Positions 19,467 through 29,155 of a DNA stretch of 64,000 bases are shown piece after piece. The notes beneath the pieces were generated by a model. It did not search any database, was not told the DNA's origin, and saw only the letters and a program-made list of their open reading frames with translations. The position numbers and the translations under genes were made by a program. Source of the stretch: an uncultured delta proteobacterium (GTDB lineage Bacteria > Myxococcota > Myxococcia > Myxococcales > Myxococcaceae); the NCBI GenBank assembly GCA_963771175.1, contig CAVYSY010000033.1, forward strand, positions 32,001-96,000, written 5' to 3'. Within the stretch, counting starts at the first letter, position 1; each line of letters opens with the position of its first letter.

Positions 19467-20087
19467 TTAGCAAAGCCCGCCAAGAGCTACTCGGGGCAGG
19501 ACTTCGCGCATGGAGCCCTCCACGATCTGGCTTGAGACCTGCCGGGCCACACACTCGAAAGCATAGTCCTTGAAGAACAGGAGGTAGTGGCGCAGGGCTC
19601 GCCAGACCGCGGGATCGTACTGCGGGTGGTTGCGATTCATGGCCTCGAGTTCCCCGAGCCAGGGGGAGTTCTCCACCATGTAGGCTCCCCCCACGTCGAT
19701 CCCCTTTCCGAACAAGGGATGGCCCTCGATGACCTCGTCATTGGGGGCACCCAGTTTCATGCTCTCGCAGTCCTCGAATGTGAGGATGGCGATGCGACGA
19801 GGCACTGGCTCGGTCCCCAGCGCTTCATACAGCACCAGGGCGTTGAGTCCATCACCGAGCACGAGCGGGCTGGGCTCTATGGAAAAAGTCCAATCCTCGG
19901 GCCACGGCCAAGGAACCGCATACGGTTCCCCCTTGGCCGCAGCCAGCGCGCGCTCCGCATGGAGAACCTCGTCATGGAGTTGGAGAAGTTCATGCCTGTC
20001 TCCACCCCTCTGCCTTTGTTCTCGTACCGCATCTTCGTAGCGTCTACGCGCTTCGAACAATTCCCGCTCGTGTCTTTCGATGTTCAT
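19467..20087 (-). CDS. Conserved hypothetical protein (PNDE...GHPL...ENSPW...FECVA pattern; immunity-like)
   Basis: 206-aa ORF, AGGAG upstream, lower [49 protein letters not shown]. Immunity role is inference. Confidence 0.6.
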   Translation of the reverse strand: MNIERHERELFEARRRYEDAVREQRQRGGDRHELLQLHDEVLHAERALAAAKGEPYAVPWPWPEDWTFSIEPSPLVLGDGLNALVLYEALGTEPVPRRIAILTFEDCESMKLGAPNDEVIEGHPLFGKGIDVGGAYMVENSPWLGELEAMNRNHPQYDPAVWRALRHYLLFFKDYAFECVARQVSSQIVEGSMREVLPRVALGGLC

Positions 20088-20302
20088 GGCGAACTACTCC
20101 TGTCGGAATACCTCCATCGCACGGCATTCGTATCGTGATGTCATCAGGTGCGATCGGATAGCCAGTGCCTCCTTTCTTGGCTGCCATCCTTGTCGCCGAG
20201 GAGTACGAGGCGAACGGGCTAACGCAGAGGGTGTTCGCGCAGCGCCGGGGCATGACGCTGAGCACGTTGCCGTCGTGAGTGTACCGGCGTAGGCGTCAGA
20301 AC

Positions 20303-20767
20303 GGCGCGCTGAAAGGCGGGACGGGCGTGCAACCGCTCCAGGTAGGCGCCCAGGGGGGCGAAGGGCTCCAGGAGACCCGTCGGCCGCGCGGCTTCCAGCA
20401 CGAAGCTCATCTGGATGTCGGCGGCGCTGAAGGTGTCGCCCAGCAGGTAGTCCCGTTTCTCCAGCGCTCCGGAGATGTACCCCAGGTGGTTCATCATCTC
20501 GCTGGAGATGCGCGGCTTGAGCGGCGCGCCCGCCTCGCCCAGGCGTCCCATGTATATCCCGAGGATGAACGGCAGCATGGCCGAGCCCTCGGCGTAGTGC
20601 AGCCAGTGCACGTAGGTGTCGTACTCGGCCGAGTCCGGCGCCGGCGCCAGCCGTCCATGGCCATGGTGGCGCACCACGTAGTCGATGATGGCACCGGACT
20701 CGGCGAGGACCCGTCCATTGTCCTCCAGCAGCGGGGACTTGCCGAGCGGATGGATCGCCTTGAGCTC
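20303..20767 (-). pseudogene. Truncated glutathione S-transferase
   Basis: ELKAIHPLGKSPLLEDNGRVLAESGAIIDY...WLHYAEGSAM...FSAADIQMSF...RPAFQRA; in-frame TGA just upstream, N-terminal ~40 aa missing. Confidence 0.8.
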
Positions 20768-20854
20768 GGTCCATCACAAGGCCGCGCCTCCGACGGGTGT
20801 GGGAAAGGCCACACGGCCCGGCACCCTCTCGGCAACGAAACCCGAGCGGGCAGG

Positions 20855-21505
20855 TCAGCGCAGCTGAAACACGTTCGATGCTACGCGATGGCCGGCGAGG
20901 TCCGTCACCACAATCACCGCGCTGGAGGCCGGGGTCGCGAACACCACCTGCTGGGTGAGCACGCCGTTGACGAACGGGTCGCTCACCTTCGGCCCGAAGT
21001 TCACGCCCGGCCCCGACTCGAAGCGCACGTTGCCGTGGAAGCTCTCCGCGTTCGGGCCTTGCGCGCGGACGGTGATCGTGAACGGCACGAACGGAGCCTG
21101 TGTGTCGATCGGATCAATCGAGTAGGTGTCCGGCCACTGGCCATCGACCACGGTGAACGCCGACGGCGCCGTCGCGACGCGCCCATCCGAGAGCGTGACC
21201 CGAACGTCGTAAGCACCCGGAACGAGGAGCGTCGGCACCTGCGTCGCGAGCACGCCCTTTCGGGTGAACGTCGGCGTCGCGAGCTCGAGCGAGCCGAGTT
21301 CGACCTTCACCGCGGTCGAGACGTCGACCGTGCCCTGTTCGTAATCGACCGTGGCCGGAAGAGGCAGGTCGGCGGATATCTCGATCGGCGTGTACTCGCT
21401 CGCGAGCATCTGCGACGGCGACACCGCGCGGATCTCCGGATCCGGCCAGTCCTCACAGCCGGACGCGAGCAGCAGCAGGAACGTTCCAATGCACACGCGT
21501 GTCAT
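20855..21505 (-). CDS. Lipoprotein with Ig-like beta-sandwich domains
   Basis: MTRVCIGTFLLLLASGC lipobox; PEIRAVSP and LVPGAYDVRVT (IPT/TIG-like); ATGA overlap with the upstream gene. Confidence 0.7.
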   Translation of the reverse strand: MTRVCIGTFLLLLASGCEDWPDPEIRAVSPSQMLASEYTPIEISADLPLPATVDYEQGTVDVSTAVKVELGSLELATPTFTRKGVLATQVPTLLVPGAYDVRVTLSDGRVATAPSAFTVVDGQWPDTYSIDPIDTQAPFVPFTITVRAQGPNAESFHGNVRFESGPGVNFGPKVSDPFVNGVLTQQVVFATPASSAVIVVTDLAGHRVASNVFQLR

Positions 21506-22197
21506 GGCAGCCGGTACCTCACCCCGAGCGTCCCCTGGAGACCCGTCGCGCGCCCGAGCACGAACGGAATGGATGCCTCGCCGAAGGCAAACCGCGCCTC
21601 GCCGAACAGCTCGACGGCGGAAAGCGGCACGCGGAGCTGAAGCCCCACGAGCGCGTCCCACCCCACCGCGGTCCGGACGGTCGACTGAGAGAAGGAGCTC
21701 GCCAGGTACTGCAGCGCGAGCGAGGGTCCGACGCCCAGACGTGCATCGAGGCCGACCGGACCCAGACGCAGCACGTTCAGCCGGCCCGACAGATAGAGGG
21801 GCACGCCGTGCAACGCCGACGTCACCGTCCCTCTGTCGGGCACCGTCGCGTCGAACCGGGTGAAACGCCAGTCGAGCTCGGCGTCGAGCGCGAGTCGACC
21901 GTCCCAGATCGGCGGAGTGATCGAGAACACCGCCGCCACGAGCGGACCGCGGTTGTAGCCGCCGCCGTAGAAGCCGCCCCCGGCGAGGGCGAACGCGTAA
22001 CGAATCGGCTGGGGGCCGCGAGTCGAAGCCGCAACACGCGAAGGCTCGGACTTTCGAGAAGGCTCGCCAGCCGCCGGCGTGGGCGTCGACTTCGGCTCCG
22101 GTTTCGCGACGGGCGCGGGCCGCCGCTTCGGAGGTCGTGACGGCCCGCCGACGGCAAGCGAGGCGACCAGCAGGTTCAGCAAGAAGATCCACCGCAT
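21502..22197 (-). CDS. Putative outer-membrane beta-barrel protein
   Basis: Signal peptide MRWIFLLNLLVASLAVG, Pro/Lys linker, amphipathic beta strands ending GVRYRLP. Confidence 0.6.
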   Translation of the reverse strand: MRWIFLLNLLVASLAVGGPSRPPKRRPAPVAKPEPKSTPTPAAGEPSRKSEPSRVAASTRGPQPIRYAFALAGGGFYGGGYNRGPLVAAVFSITPPIWDGRLALDAELDWRFTRFDATVPDRGTVTSALHGVPLYLSGRLNVLRLGPVGLDARLGVGPSLALQYLASSFSQSTVRTAVGWDALVGLQLRVPLSAVELFGEARFAFGEASIPFVLGRATGLQGTLGVRYRLP

Positions 22198-22278
22198 CGG
22201 ACCGACTTCACCGGCCTGGTGCGTGGCGGTCAAGTCCCGAGCGCAGCCGGTTCACTCTTCGCGTATCGGGCGAGCGGA

Positions 22279-22707
22279 CTAGAGCAGTTTCGCCATGATC
22301 TCGCGCTCGCGCTGCTCGAGCTTGATCGAGGCGAGCGCCCAGTCGATGAGATCGTCGGCGACCGACACGTCGAAACCGAAGGCGCTGGCGGTCGCCTTCA
22401 CCGACGCGCGCTCCTCGTTCGCGATCTCGCCGTCGGCGCACGACACCTCGACGATCATGCGCAGGAGGGCAGCGCGCAGCTCGCGGTTTTCGATCTTGCT
22501 GACGATGTCGGTGAGGCGGCTGGGCTTCTGGAATTCCTGCTCGATGAGCGCGGAGATCTGCTCGTCGCGAGGCGACAGGCCGATGCCGGCCACCACGTTG
22601 TCGAGGTGCTGGCGCTCGTCCTCGGTGATGCGGCCGTCGCTCGCCACCACGTTGGCCATGGCCTGGACGAACGCCATCAGCTGTTCCTGGGGATACTCGC
22701 GCGTCAT
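22279..22707 (-). CDS. TerB-family protein
   Basis: AAGGAG RBS; two TerB motifs VASDGRITEDER and SCADGEIANEER. Confidence 0.8.
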   Translation of the reverse strand: MTREYPQEQLMAFVQAMANVVASDGRITEDERQHLDNVVAGIGLSPRDEQISALIEQEFQKPSRLTDIVSKIENRELRAALLRMIVEVSCADGEIANEERASVKATASAFGFDVSVADDLIDWALASIKLEQREREIMAKLL

Positions 22708-22901
22708 GTTGTCTCCTTGGCGAGCGGCACGCGGCTGGCCAGTGGCTCGCGGACAGATGAGAGGGGCGGGGCTGCTCGGCGCGGCAGGATAGTCGGCGCC
22801 GACGAGGACCGGAACCGGTTTTCGCTCGACCCCCCCGCCGCCACCGAGCCGCCGCCTCGCGGAACGCCGCGACAAACGCCCGGTGCTGCTCGCGCAGTTC
22901 C

Positions 22902-23792
22902 TCAGTCCGTCTCCGTAGCGAGGCTCAACCGTCCAGACAGCTGCAGGTAGCTGCGGACGAGGATCGACAGCATCAGGGCGATCCCCAGGGCTTGGATGGC
23001 ATGGCTCAGCATGCTCCCCACTGCCATGCCCAGCTGGCCCAGGAGCGGCGAAATGAGCGACGACACCACGCCGCCCATCAGGGTCATGCCGATGCAGCTC
23101 CCCCCGCAGATCAGCAGCAAGAGGAAGACCTTCATGCGGTGGCCCTCGGTGAAGGCCCAGGAGAAGATCATCGCCTTGATCGGACCGAGCGGGTGCAGCA
23201 CCAACGCCGGGGCCGAGATCGCCAACCCGACGCCCAGGAAGATGGCCGGCGCGACACACATCACGAAGCCGATCGCCAGGACGATCCAGAGGCAGATGGT
23301 CAGCCAGAGCATCGGCCGCACGCGACCGAGCCCCTCGGAGATGATCTCCCCAGGCGAGCGCTCGCGACCCGTCAGCACATCGCCGAGGAAGCGGATGAAG
23401 AGCGGATAGGTCATGGCCGAGAAGGCCGTGGTGGCGAGCAAGAAGCCCACCCGCGCGGCGTGAAACACCCCCTCGTCCAGCGGCGTATCGAGCGAAACGT
23501 AGGTGAGCGGCAGGGTCACCAGGCCGAAGACCCCCGCGGCCGAGCAAAAGGCCGCGAGCGCCCGGGGATGCTGGAGGAGGATCCGGAAGGACTCCCACAG
23601 GGTGCTCCCCACATCGAGGCCCACCGGGGCGAATCGCTCACCGCAGTGGGTGCACAGGGAGCCCTCCTCCGGGCTCATGCACGCCAGGCAGATGAACGTT
23701 CCACAGCGGGTGCAGGTCGTCGGGGCGACATCGACCAATTCGGGGTGCTTCGGGCAGGGAGCCGGAGCAGCGGTGTCCATGTCCGCACTCAT
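22902..23792 (-). CDS. Membrane protein with N-terminal B-box-like zinc finger
   Basis: CPKHP...CTRCGTFICLAC...CTHC followed by ~6 TM helices. Confidence 0.7.
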   Translation of the reverse strand: MSADMDTAAPAPCPKHPELVDVAPTTCTRCGTFICLACMSPEEGSLCTHCGERFAPVGLDVGSTLWESFRILLQHPRALAAFCSAAGVFGLVTLPLTYVSLDTPLDEGVFHAARVGFLLATTAFSAMTYPLFIRFLGDVLTGRERSPGEIISEGLGRVRPMLWLTICLWIVLAIGFVMCVAPAIFLGVGLAISAPALVLHPLGPIKAMIFSWAFTEGHRMKVFLLLLICGGSCIGMTLMGGVVSSLISPLLGQLGMAVGSMLSHAIQALGIALMLSILVRSYLQLSGRLSLATETD

Positions 23793-24044
23793 AACCCGAG
23801 CAGCGCCCGCGGCGGGATTTCGTGACGGTGGCTCGCTCACTGGGAAGGGCCGTAGGCCCTGGATTCGTGGCATCCTTGTCCTCGGAGGGGGATGCCCGAC
23901 ATGCACCTGACCAAGGTGGATGCGATCAGTGAGAGGGCAACACTCACCGAGAGCGACCTCAACGACAACTTCAAGAAGCCCCTCCAATACCAGACGCCCC
24001 GGCAGGTGCGCCTCGGCCTGCGCTACACCTTCTGACGGACGCGC

Positions 24045-25340
24045 TCAGGCGGCGCTCACCGCGGGGGGCACCTGCGCATGGGTGGCCATCTCGGCCACGC
24101 ACTGCGGCTCGTCCGACCAGAAGCGCAACCACTGCTCGCGCAGCGCGCGGGCGTCCTGCCGGCCCAGGTCGATGAGCATGTCCGCGAAGCCTCCGTCGAA
24201 CAGCAGGTAGGAGGCCAGGTCCGCCTCGTGCGGGGCCTCCCGGTCCACCAGCCGGAGAATCGCCTTGTGCGCCAGACCGGAGCTGCGTCGGCGGAACTCG
24301 GGCGTGCGGACGTACTCGGCGGCCAGCGCGCCGAGGTCCCTCGAGGGCCGCACCAGCAGTTCGCGCACGTAGCGCAGGGGCTGGCTGCGGTGGGGCTCCA
24401 CCACCGAGCCGAGCGTCTGCGCGAAGCCCGGTCCGTAGGCCACCGTCCCCGCCTCGAGAATCGCGTTGAGCCGCCGCAGCCGGCCGAGGTCCTGGTCCGT
24501 GCGGTCCATCATCAGCGTGTTGAGCATCTTCCCCACGAGGAAGGGCGCGGTCGCGAAGGCCTGCTCGCGCTCCTGCTCGGAGCTGCCCGACTCGCCGTCC
24601 GGCTTCCGAGCGCGGACCGCCTCGTGCCGCAGCGAGATGACCACCACCCGCTGGGCCCCGAGCCGCAGCGCGGGGCTGAGCGGCACGTTCAGCCGCAGCC
24701 CGCCGTCCACGTGCAGCTCGCCCCGGATGCGCACCGCCGGGAAGGCCACCGGGATGGCGGCCGAGGCCAGTGCATGCAGGGGACCGATGCGCGTGGCCTC
24801 GGCCTGGTAGGAGGGATCATTCCCCCAGGAAGGGATTCCACCGCCGTGCCGTTGGACGAACACCGAGGCCCGCCCGCTGCCCACGTGCGTGGCGCTCACC
24901 GCGAGGGCATCGAGGTGTCTCCTGCGCAGGTTGCGGCCGATCCCCAGCCACGGAATGCCGCGGCTCACGATGGCCCGCAGCCCACGCGGATCCACCAGCC
25001 CGCCGTACTGGATGTCGCGTGGATGATCCGCCGGCTTGCCGAGGGCCTCGCGCAGGAGCCGGAAGATGTCCCCCACGCCGAAGCGGAGCACCTCCTCCAC
25101 CTTCATCCCGGTCCAGTGGGCCCGCATGCCCCGGGCCTGAAGCCGGGGCTGATCGCTCGTCGCGGCGAGGTAGCAGGCGTGGATGGCGCCCACCGAGGTG
25201 CCCGCGAGGATGTCCAGCCGCAGCTCCCGGCCGAGCTCCGGCTCCAGCTCCTCGCGGAGATAGGAGAGCACCCCTGCCTCATAGGCGCCTCGCGCCGCAC
25301 CACCTCCGAGCACCAGACCCGTCTTCAGTCGACTCATCAT
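24045..25340 (-). CDS. Patatin-like phospholipase
   Basis: LGGGAARGAYEAG, GTSVGA (GxSxG), ASAAIP, VDGG. Confidence 0.92.
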   Translation of the reverse strand: MMSRLKTGLVLGGGAARGAYEAGVLSYLREELEPELGRELRLDILAGTSVGAIHACYLAATSDQPRLQARGMRAHWTGMKVEEVLRFGVGDIFRLLREALGKPADHPRDIQYGGLVDPRGLRAIVSRGIPWLGIGRNLRRRHLDALAVSATHVGSGRASVFVQRHGGGIPSWGNDPSYQAEATRIGPLHALASAAIPVAFPAVRIRGELHVDGGLRLNVPLSPALRLGAQRVVVISLRHEAVRARKPDGESGSSEQEREQAFATAPFLVGKMLNTLMMDRTDQDLGRLRRLNAILEAGTVAYGPGFAQTLGSVVEPHRSQPLRYVRELLVRPSRDLGALAAEYVRTPEFRRRSSGLAHKAILRLVDREAPHEADLASYLLFDGGFADMLIDLGRQDARALREQWLRFWSDEPQCVAEMATHAQVPPAVSAA

Positions 25341-25507
25341 CGCGGAGACCCTCTAAGAGACAGTCTACGGCGGATGGAGATGTGACTGGGAGGGGCCGAG
25401 GACCCCCGACGGGCGGACAAGGCCGCTCGGGAGTATGTTGGCCGAGCGCTTGTTGTCGTCGGCGTCGGACGACCGGAGGGGCCGCGTGCGTCCGGTTCCA
25501 TGGGAGT

Positions 25508-25978
25508 ATGGCCATGTGGAAGCGAGTGGGAGTCGTACTGGCCGTGTCGCTGGTGGGACTCGGAGCCAATCCCGCCGAGGCGCGTTTCGGTAAGCGCTCG
25601 CGCCCGCATGTCGTCGCAACCCCCGTCGAGTCACCGACCGCCGGGCGAGGGCGGGTCGTACCGCCCCAACCCGTTCTACGACCGTGGCCATGACGGGTAC
25701 GGCGACCCCTGGTACCGCTACTACTACGATCCGTCCTGGGCCTGATCTCGGGAGGCCTGGACGTCGCCTTCGCGCCGGACGCCCTCTTCGTGGGGCCGGG
25801 CCTGGGGACGAGCGCGCTGATGCGCGTGATGGGGCCACTCAAGCTGGAGGCGAGCGCCCACTGGACGCCCTTCCCTTTCACCGCCATCTACCTGAGCGAC
25901 CAGGGCCGCGTGGAAGCAGGGAGGATCAACCGCGAGCTCTTCGCGGGACCCTACGCCGGCGTGGCGCTGCACCTCTGA
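25508..25978 (+). pseudogene. Degraded exported/outer-membrane protein gene
   Basis: Signal peptide MWKRVGVVLAVSLVGLGANPAEA-RFGK, then frame changes, an internal TGA at 25743-25745 and a barrel-like tail ending FAGPYAGVALHL. Confidence 0.5.
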
Positions 25979-26067
25979 GCGCGCGGAGCGGCCCTGGGTT
26001 GTGTCCAGGGCCACCCGTGGGGTAGGCACGTCGCTTGGAACCCCAACCGACGAGGAATCCCCCGTCC

Positions 26068-27531
26068 ATGGCCAGCACCCCCAGCGCCACGACCAGCGAC
26101 CGTTTCCCGCCGCAAGTCCCCTACATCATCGGCAACGAGGCCTGTGAGCGCTTCAGCTTCTACGGGATGCGGAACATCCTCACGGTGTTCCTCATCGACT
26201 ACCTGCTGCGCAACGCCGTGCCCGATGAGGGCGCCCGCTCCGCCCATGCGAAGAGCCTGATGCACCTCTTCATGGCGGGCGTGTACTTCTTCCCGCTGCT
26301 GGGCGGATACCTCGCGGACCGCTGGCTCGGGAAGTACAAGGTCATCCTCTCGCTGAGCCTCGTGTACTGCCTGGGCCACGCGTTCCTGGCGCATCTTCGA
26401 GAACAACGCCACGGGCTTCTACACGGGCCTGTTCCTCATCGCCCTGGGCAGCGGCGGCATCAAGCCGTGCGTGAGCGCCATGGTGGGAGACCAGTTCAAC
26501 GAGTCCAACAAGCACCTGGTGAAGAAGGTCTTCGCCATCTTCTACTGGACCATCAACTTCGGCTCCTTCTTCGCCTCGCTGTTCATCCCGCTGACGCTCA
26601 AGCACCTGGGGCCCGCCGTGGCGTTCGGCATCCCCGGCATGCTGATGTTCATCGCCACCGTCATCTTCTGGGCGGGCCGCCGGCACTACGTGGTGGTGCC
26701 GCCCACCGGCCCCAACCCGCACTCCTTCCTCAAGGTGATCGGCTCGGCGCTCCGCCACCGGGAGCCCGGCAAGCCCTGGCTCGACGGCGCCATGAAGAAG
26801 CACCCCGCCGAGGCGGTGGAGGGCGCCAAGGCCGTGCTGCGCATCAGCGGGCTGCATCTTCCCCACCATCCCGTTCTTCTGGATGCTCTTCGACCAGAAG
26901 GCCTCCACGTGGGTGGTGCAGGCGCGCTCCATGGACCCGCAGGTCGGCCCCTTCACCTTCCAGCCGAGCCAGATGCAGTTCGTCAACCCGGCGCTGGTGA
27001 TGCTCCTCATCCCGCTGCTCGTCGGAGTGGTGTACCCGGCCTTCCAGCGCTTGGGCTGGGAGCTCACGCCGCTGCGCCGCATGCCGCTCGGGCTCGCGGT
27101 GGGCGCGTTCTCGTACGTCATCGCCGGCTACTACCAGGTGCGTCCTCGAGCGGGGCACGACGCTCGAACATCGCCTGGCAGCTCTGCCCTACATCGTGCT
27201 CACGCTGGCGGAGGTCCTCGTCTCCACCACCGGCCTCGAGTTCGCCTACACCCAGGCGCCGCGCGAGATGAAGGGCATCATCCAGAGCCTCTGGCTGCTC
27301 ACCACCACGCTGGCCAACGTGGCGGTGGCCATCGCCTCCGCGCTCAACGTCTTCACCGGCTCGGGCCAGTTCTTCTTCTACGGAGGCTTCGCGCTGGTGG
27401 CGGCCGTGGCCATGGCCCTCATGGCGCGCCACTACCAGGTGCGCGACTACTACCAGGCCGACGTGGTCGGCCCCGTGCCCGACCGGGCCCAGCCTCCGCT
27501 CGCCACCGTGGGTGACTCGAAGGCGCTGTAG
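26068..27531 (+). CDS. POT/PTR peptide:H+ symporter (frameshifted as assembled)
   Basis: NEACERFSFYGMR (ExxERFxY), GGIKPCVSAMVGDQF, FYWTINFGS, GLEFAYTQAPREMKG, spread over several frames. Confidence 0.85.
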
Positions 27532-27550
27532 CTCCGCGCCTCGGCTCCCG

Positions 27551-27595
27551 CAAAGCAAAGGGCCCCGAGTGATTGCGCTCGGGCCCTTCTCTTTG
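27551..27595. terminator. Probable bidirectional terminator between convergent POT genes
   Basis: Imperfect inverted repeat caaagcaaagggccccgagtg-attg-cgctcgggcccttctctttg. Confidence 0.6.
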
Positions 27596-27641
27596 GGGGA
27601 CTCACCCCCGTCCTCTCTCAGCGAGAGGGAGGCTCCACGAC

Positions 27642-29046
27642 TCAGGCCGAGGGAGCCGCCTCGGCCGCGGTCGGTCTGCGCGGCGCGCGGGCTGCGTCTC
27701 GTCCGCGCCGTGCATCATCCGCTTCAGCATCGGCGCGATGGCCAGCAGCACCGCGCCCGCCACGGCGGTGGCGATGGTGATGGACAGGAACACGTCGAAC
27801 TCGCCCAGCTTCTCCGCGTAGCCGCCGATGACGCCGGACAGCTTGTTGGCCACCGCGTTGGCGAGGAACCACACGCCCATCATCAGCGAGACGAACCGCG
27901 CCGGGCGCCACCTTGGTCACCATGGAGAGGCCCACCGGGGAGAGGCACAGCTCGCCCGACGGTGTGGAAGAGGTAGGCCATGATCACCCACCACGCAGCG
28001 CCGCCTTGCCCACGGCCGTCGCTCTGGTTGGAGGCGCCCAGCATGAAGACGAAGCCGAAGCGAGAGCAGCAGCAGGCCCATGCGCCATCTTCACCGGGAT
28101 GGTCGGGTCCTTGCCCTTGCGGCGCCAGGCCGCGTCCACATGCTCGGCGAAGATCGGGGCCCAGCAGCACGATGAAGATCGGGTTGACGTTCTGGAACCA
28201 GGTGGTGGGAACCTCCCAGCCGAACACGCTCGCGGTCCACCTTCGGCGTCCGTGTAGAGGTTCATCAGGCCGCCGGCCTGCTCGAAGGCCGTCCAGAAGA
28301 AGACGACGAAGAGCGCGAGATGAAGATGACGACGATGCGGTCCATCTCCGCGCGGGTGAGGGCCACGGCCTTCACGGGCGCCTGCGCCCGCCTGCTCGCG
28401 CTCCACCTTCTTCGGCGCCATGCCCACCTCGCCCAGCAGGCGCTTGCCCGAGGGCCAGGAAGAGGATCACGCCGAGCAACATGCCCACGCCGGCGGCGCC
28501 GAAGCCCCAGTCCCAGCCGACCTTCTCGCCCAGCGTGCCGCACACGCCGAGGCCAGGAACGCGCCCAGGTTGATGCCCATGTAGAAGATGGTGAAGGCGC
28601 CGTCGCGGCGGCCGTCACCGGGCGCGTACAGCCCGCCCACCATGGTGGAGATGTTGGGCTTGAAGAAGCCGTTGCCCACGATCAGGAAGCCCAGGCCCGC
28701 GTAGAAGATGCGCCTCGGCTGCCGGGCAGCGCCAGCAGCAGGTGGCCGATCATCATCAGGGTGCCGCCGAGCACCACCGCCTTGCGCTGGCCGATGTAGC
28801 GGTCCGCGATGAAACCGCCGATCAATGGGCGTCAGGTACACGAGGCCCGTGTACGTGCCGTAGAGCGCGAGCGCGTTCGCCGTGGACCAGCCCCAGCCGC
28901 CCATCTTGTCGGCATCGAGGAAGAGCACGAGCAGGGCGCGCATGCCGTAATAGCTCATGCGCTCCCACATCTCGGTGAAGAACAGCAGGTAGAGGCCCTT
29001 GGGGTGGCCCTTCGGGTCGGGGCCGCGGCGGCCGTGCTCTGTGCAT
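27642..29046 (-). CDS. Second POT/PTR peptide transporter (heavily frameshifted as assembled)
   Basis: [78 protein letters not shown] in successive frames; start approximate. Confidence 0.82.
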
Positions 29047-29081
29047 GCGCAAGGTTTCCTCGCGGCGGGGAGAGAAAGAGG

Positions 29082-29090
29082 AATATAGCA
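29082..29090 (-). promoter_or_regulatory. Possible extended -10 element for the second POT gene
   Basis: TGCTATATT on the - strand ~35 nt upstream of the start; motif match only. Confidence 0.3.
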
Positions 29091-29155
29091 GACCACGCTG
29101 GTTGTACCAGAAGCCCTGCGCTCCTGGCAGAAACCCAGGTCAGGTGCGAGCGACC

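Noticed and set aside
19207..19470. 87-aa ORF as a second functional uvrA
   Set aside because: Only ~66 codons of the UvrA C-terminus, with no Walker A or signature motif; scored as a remnant.
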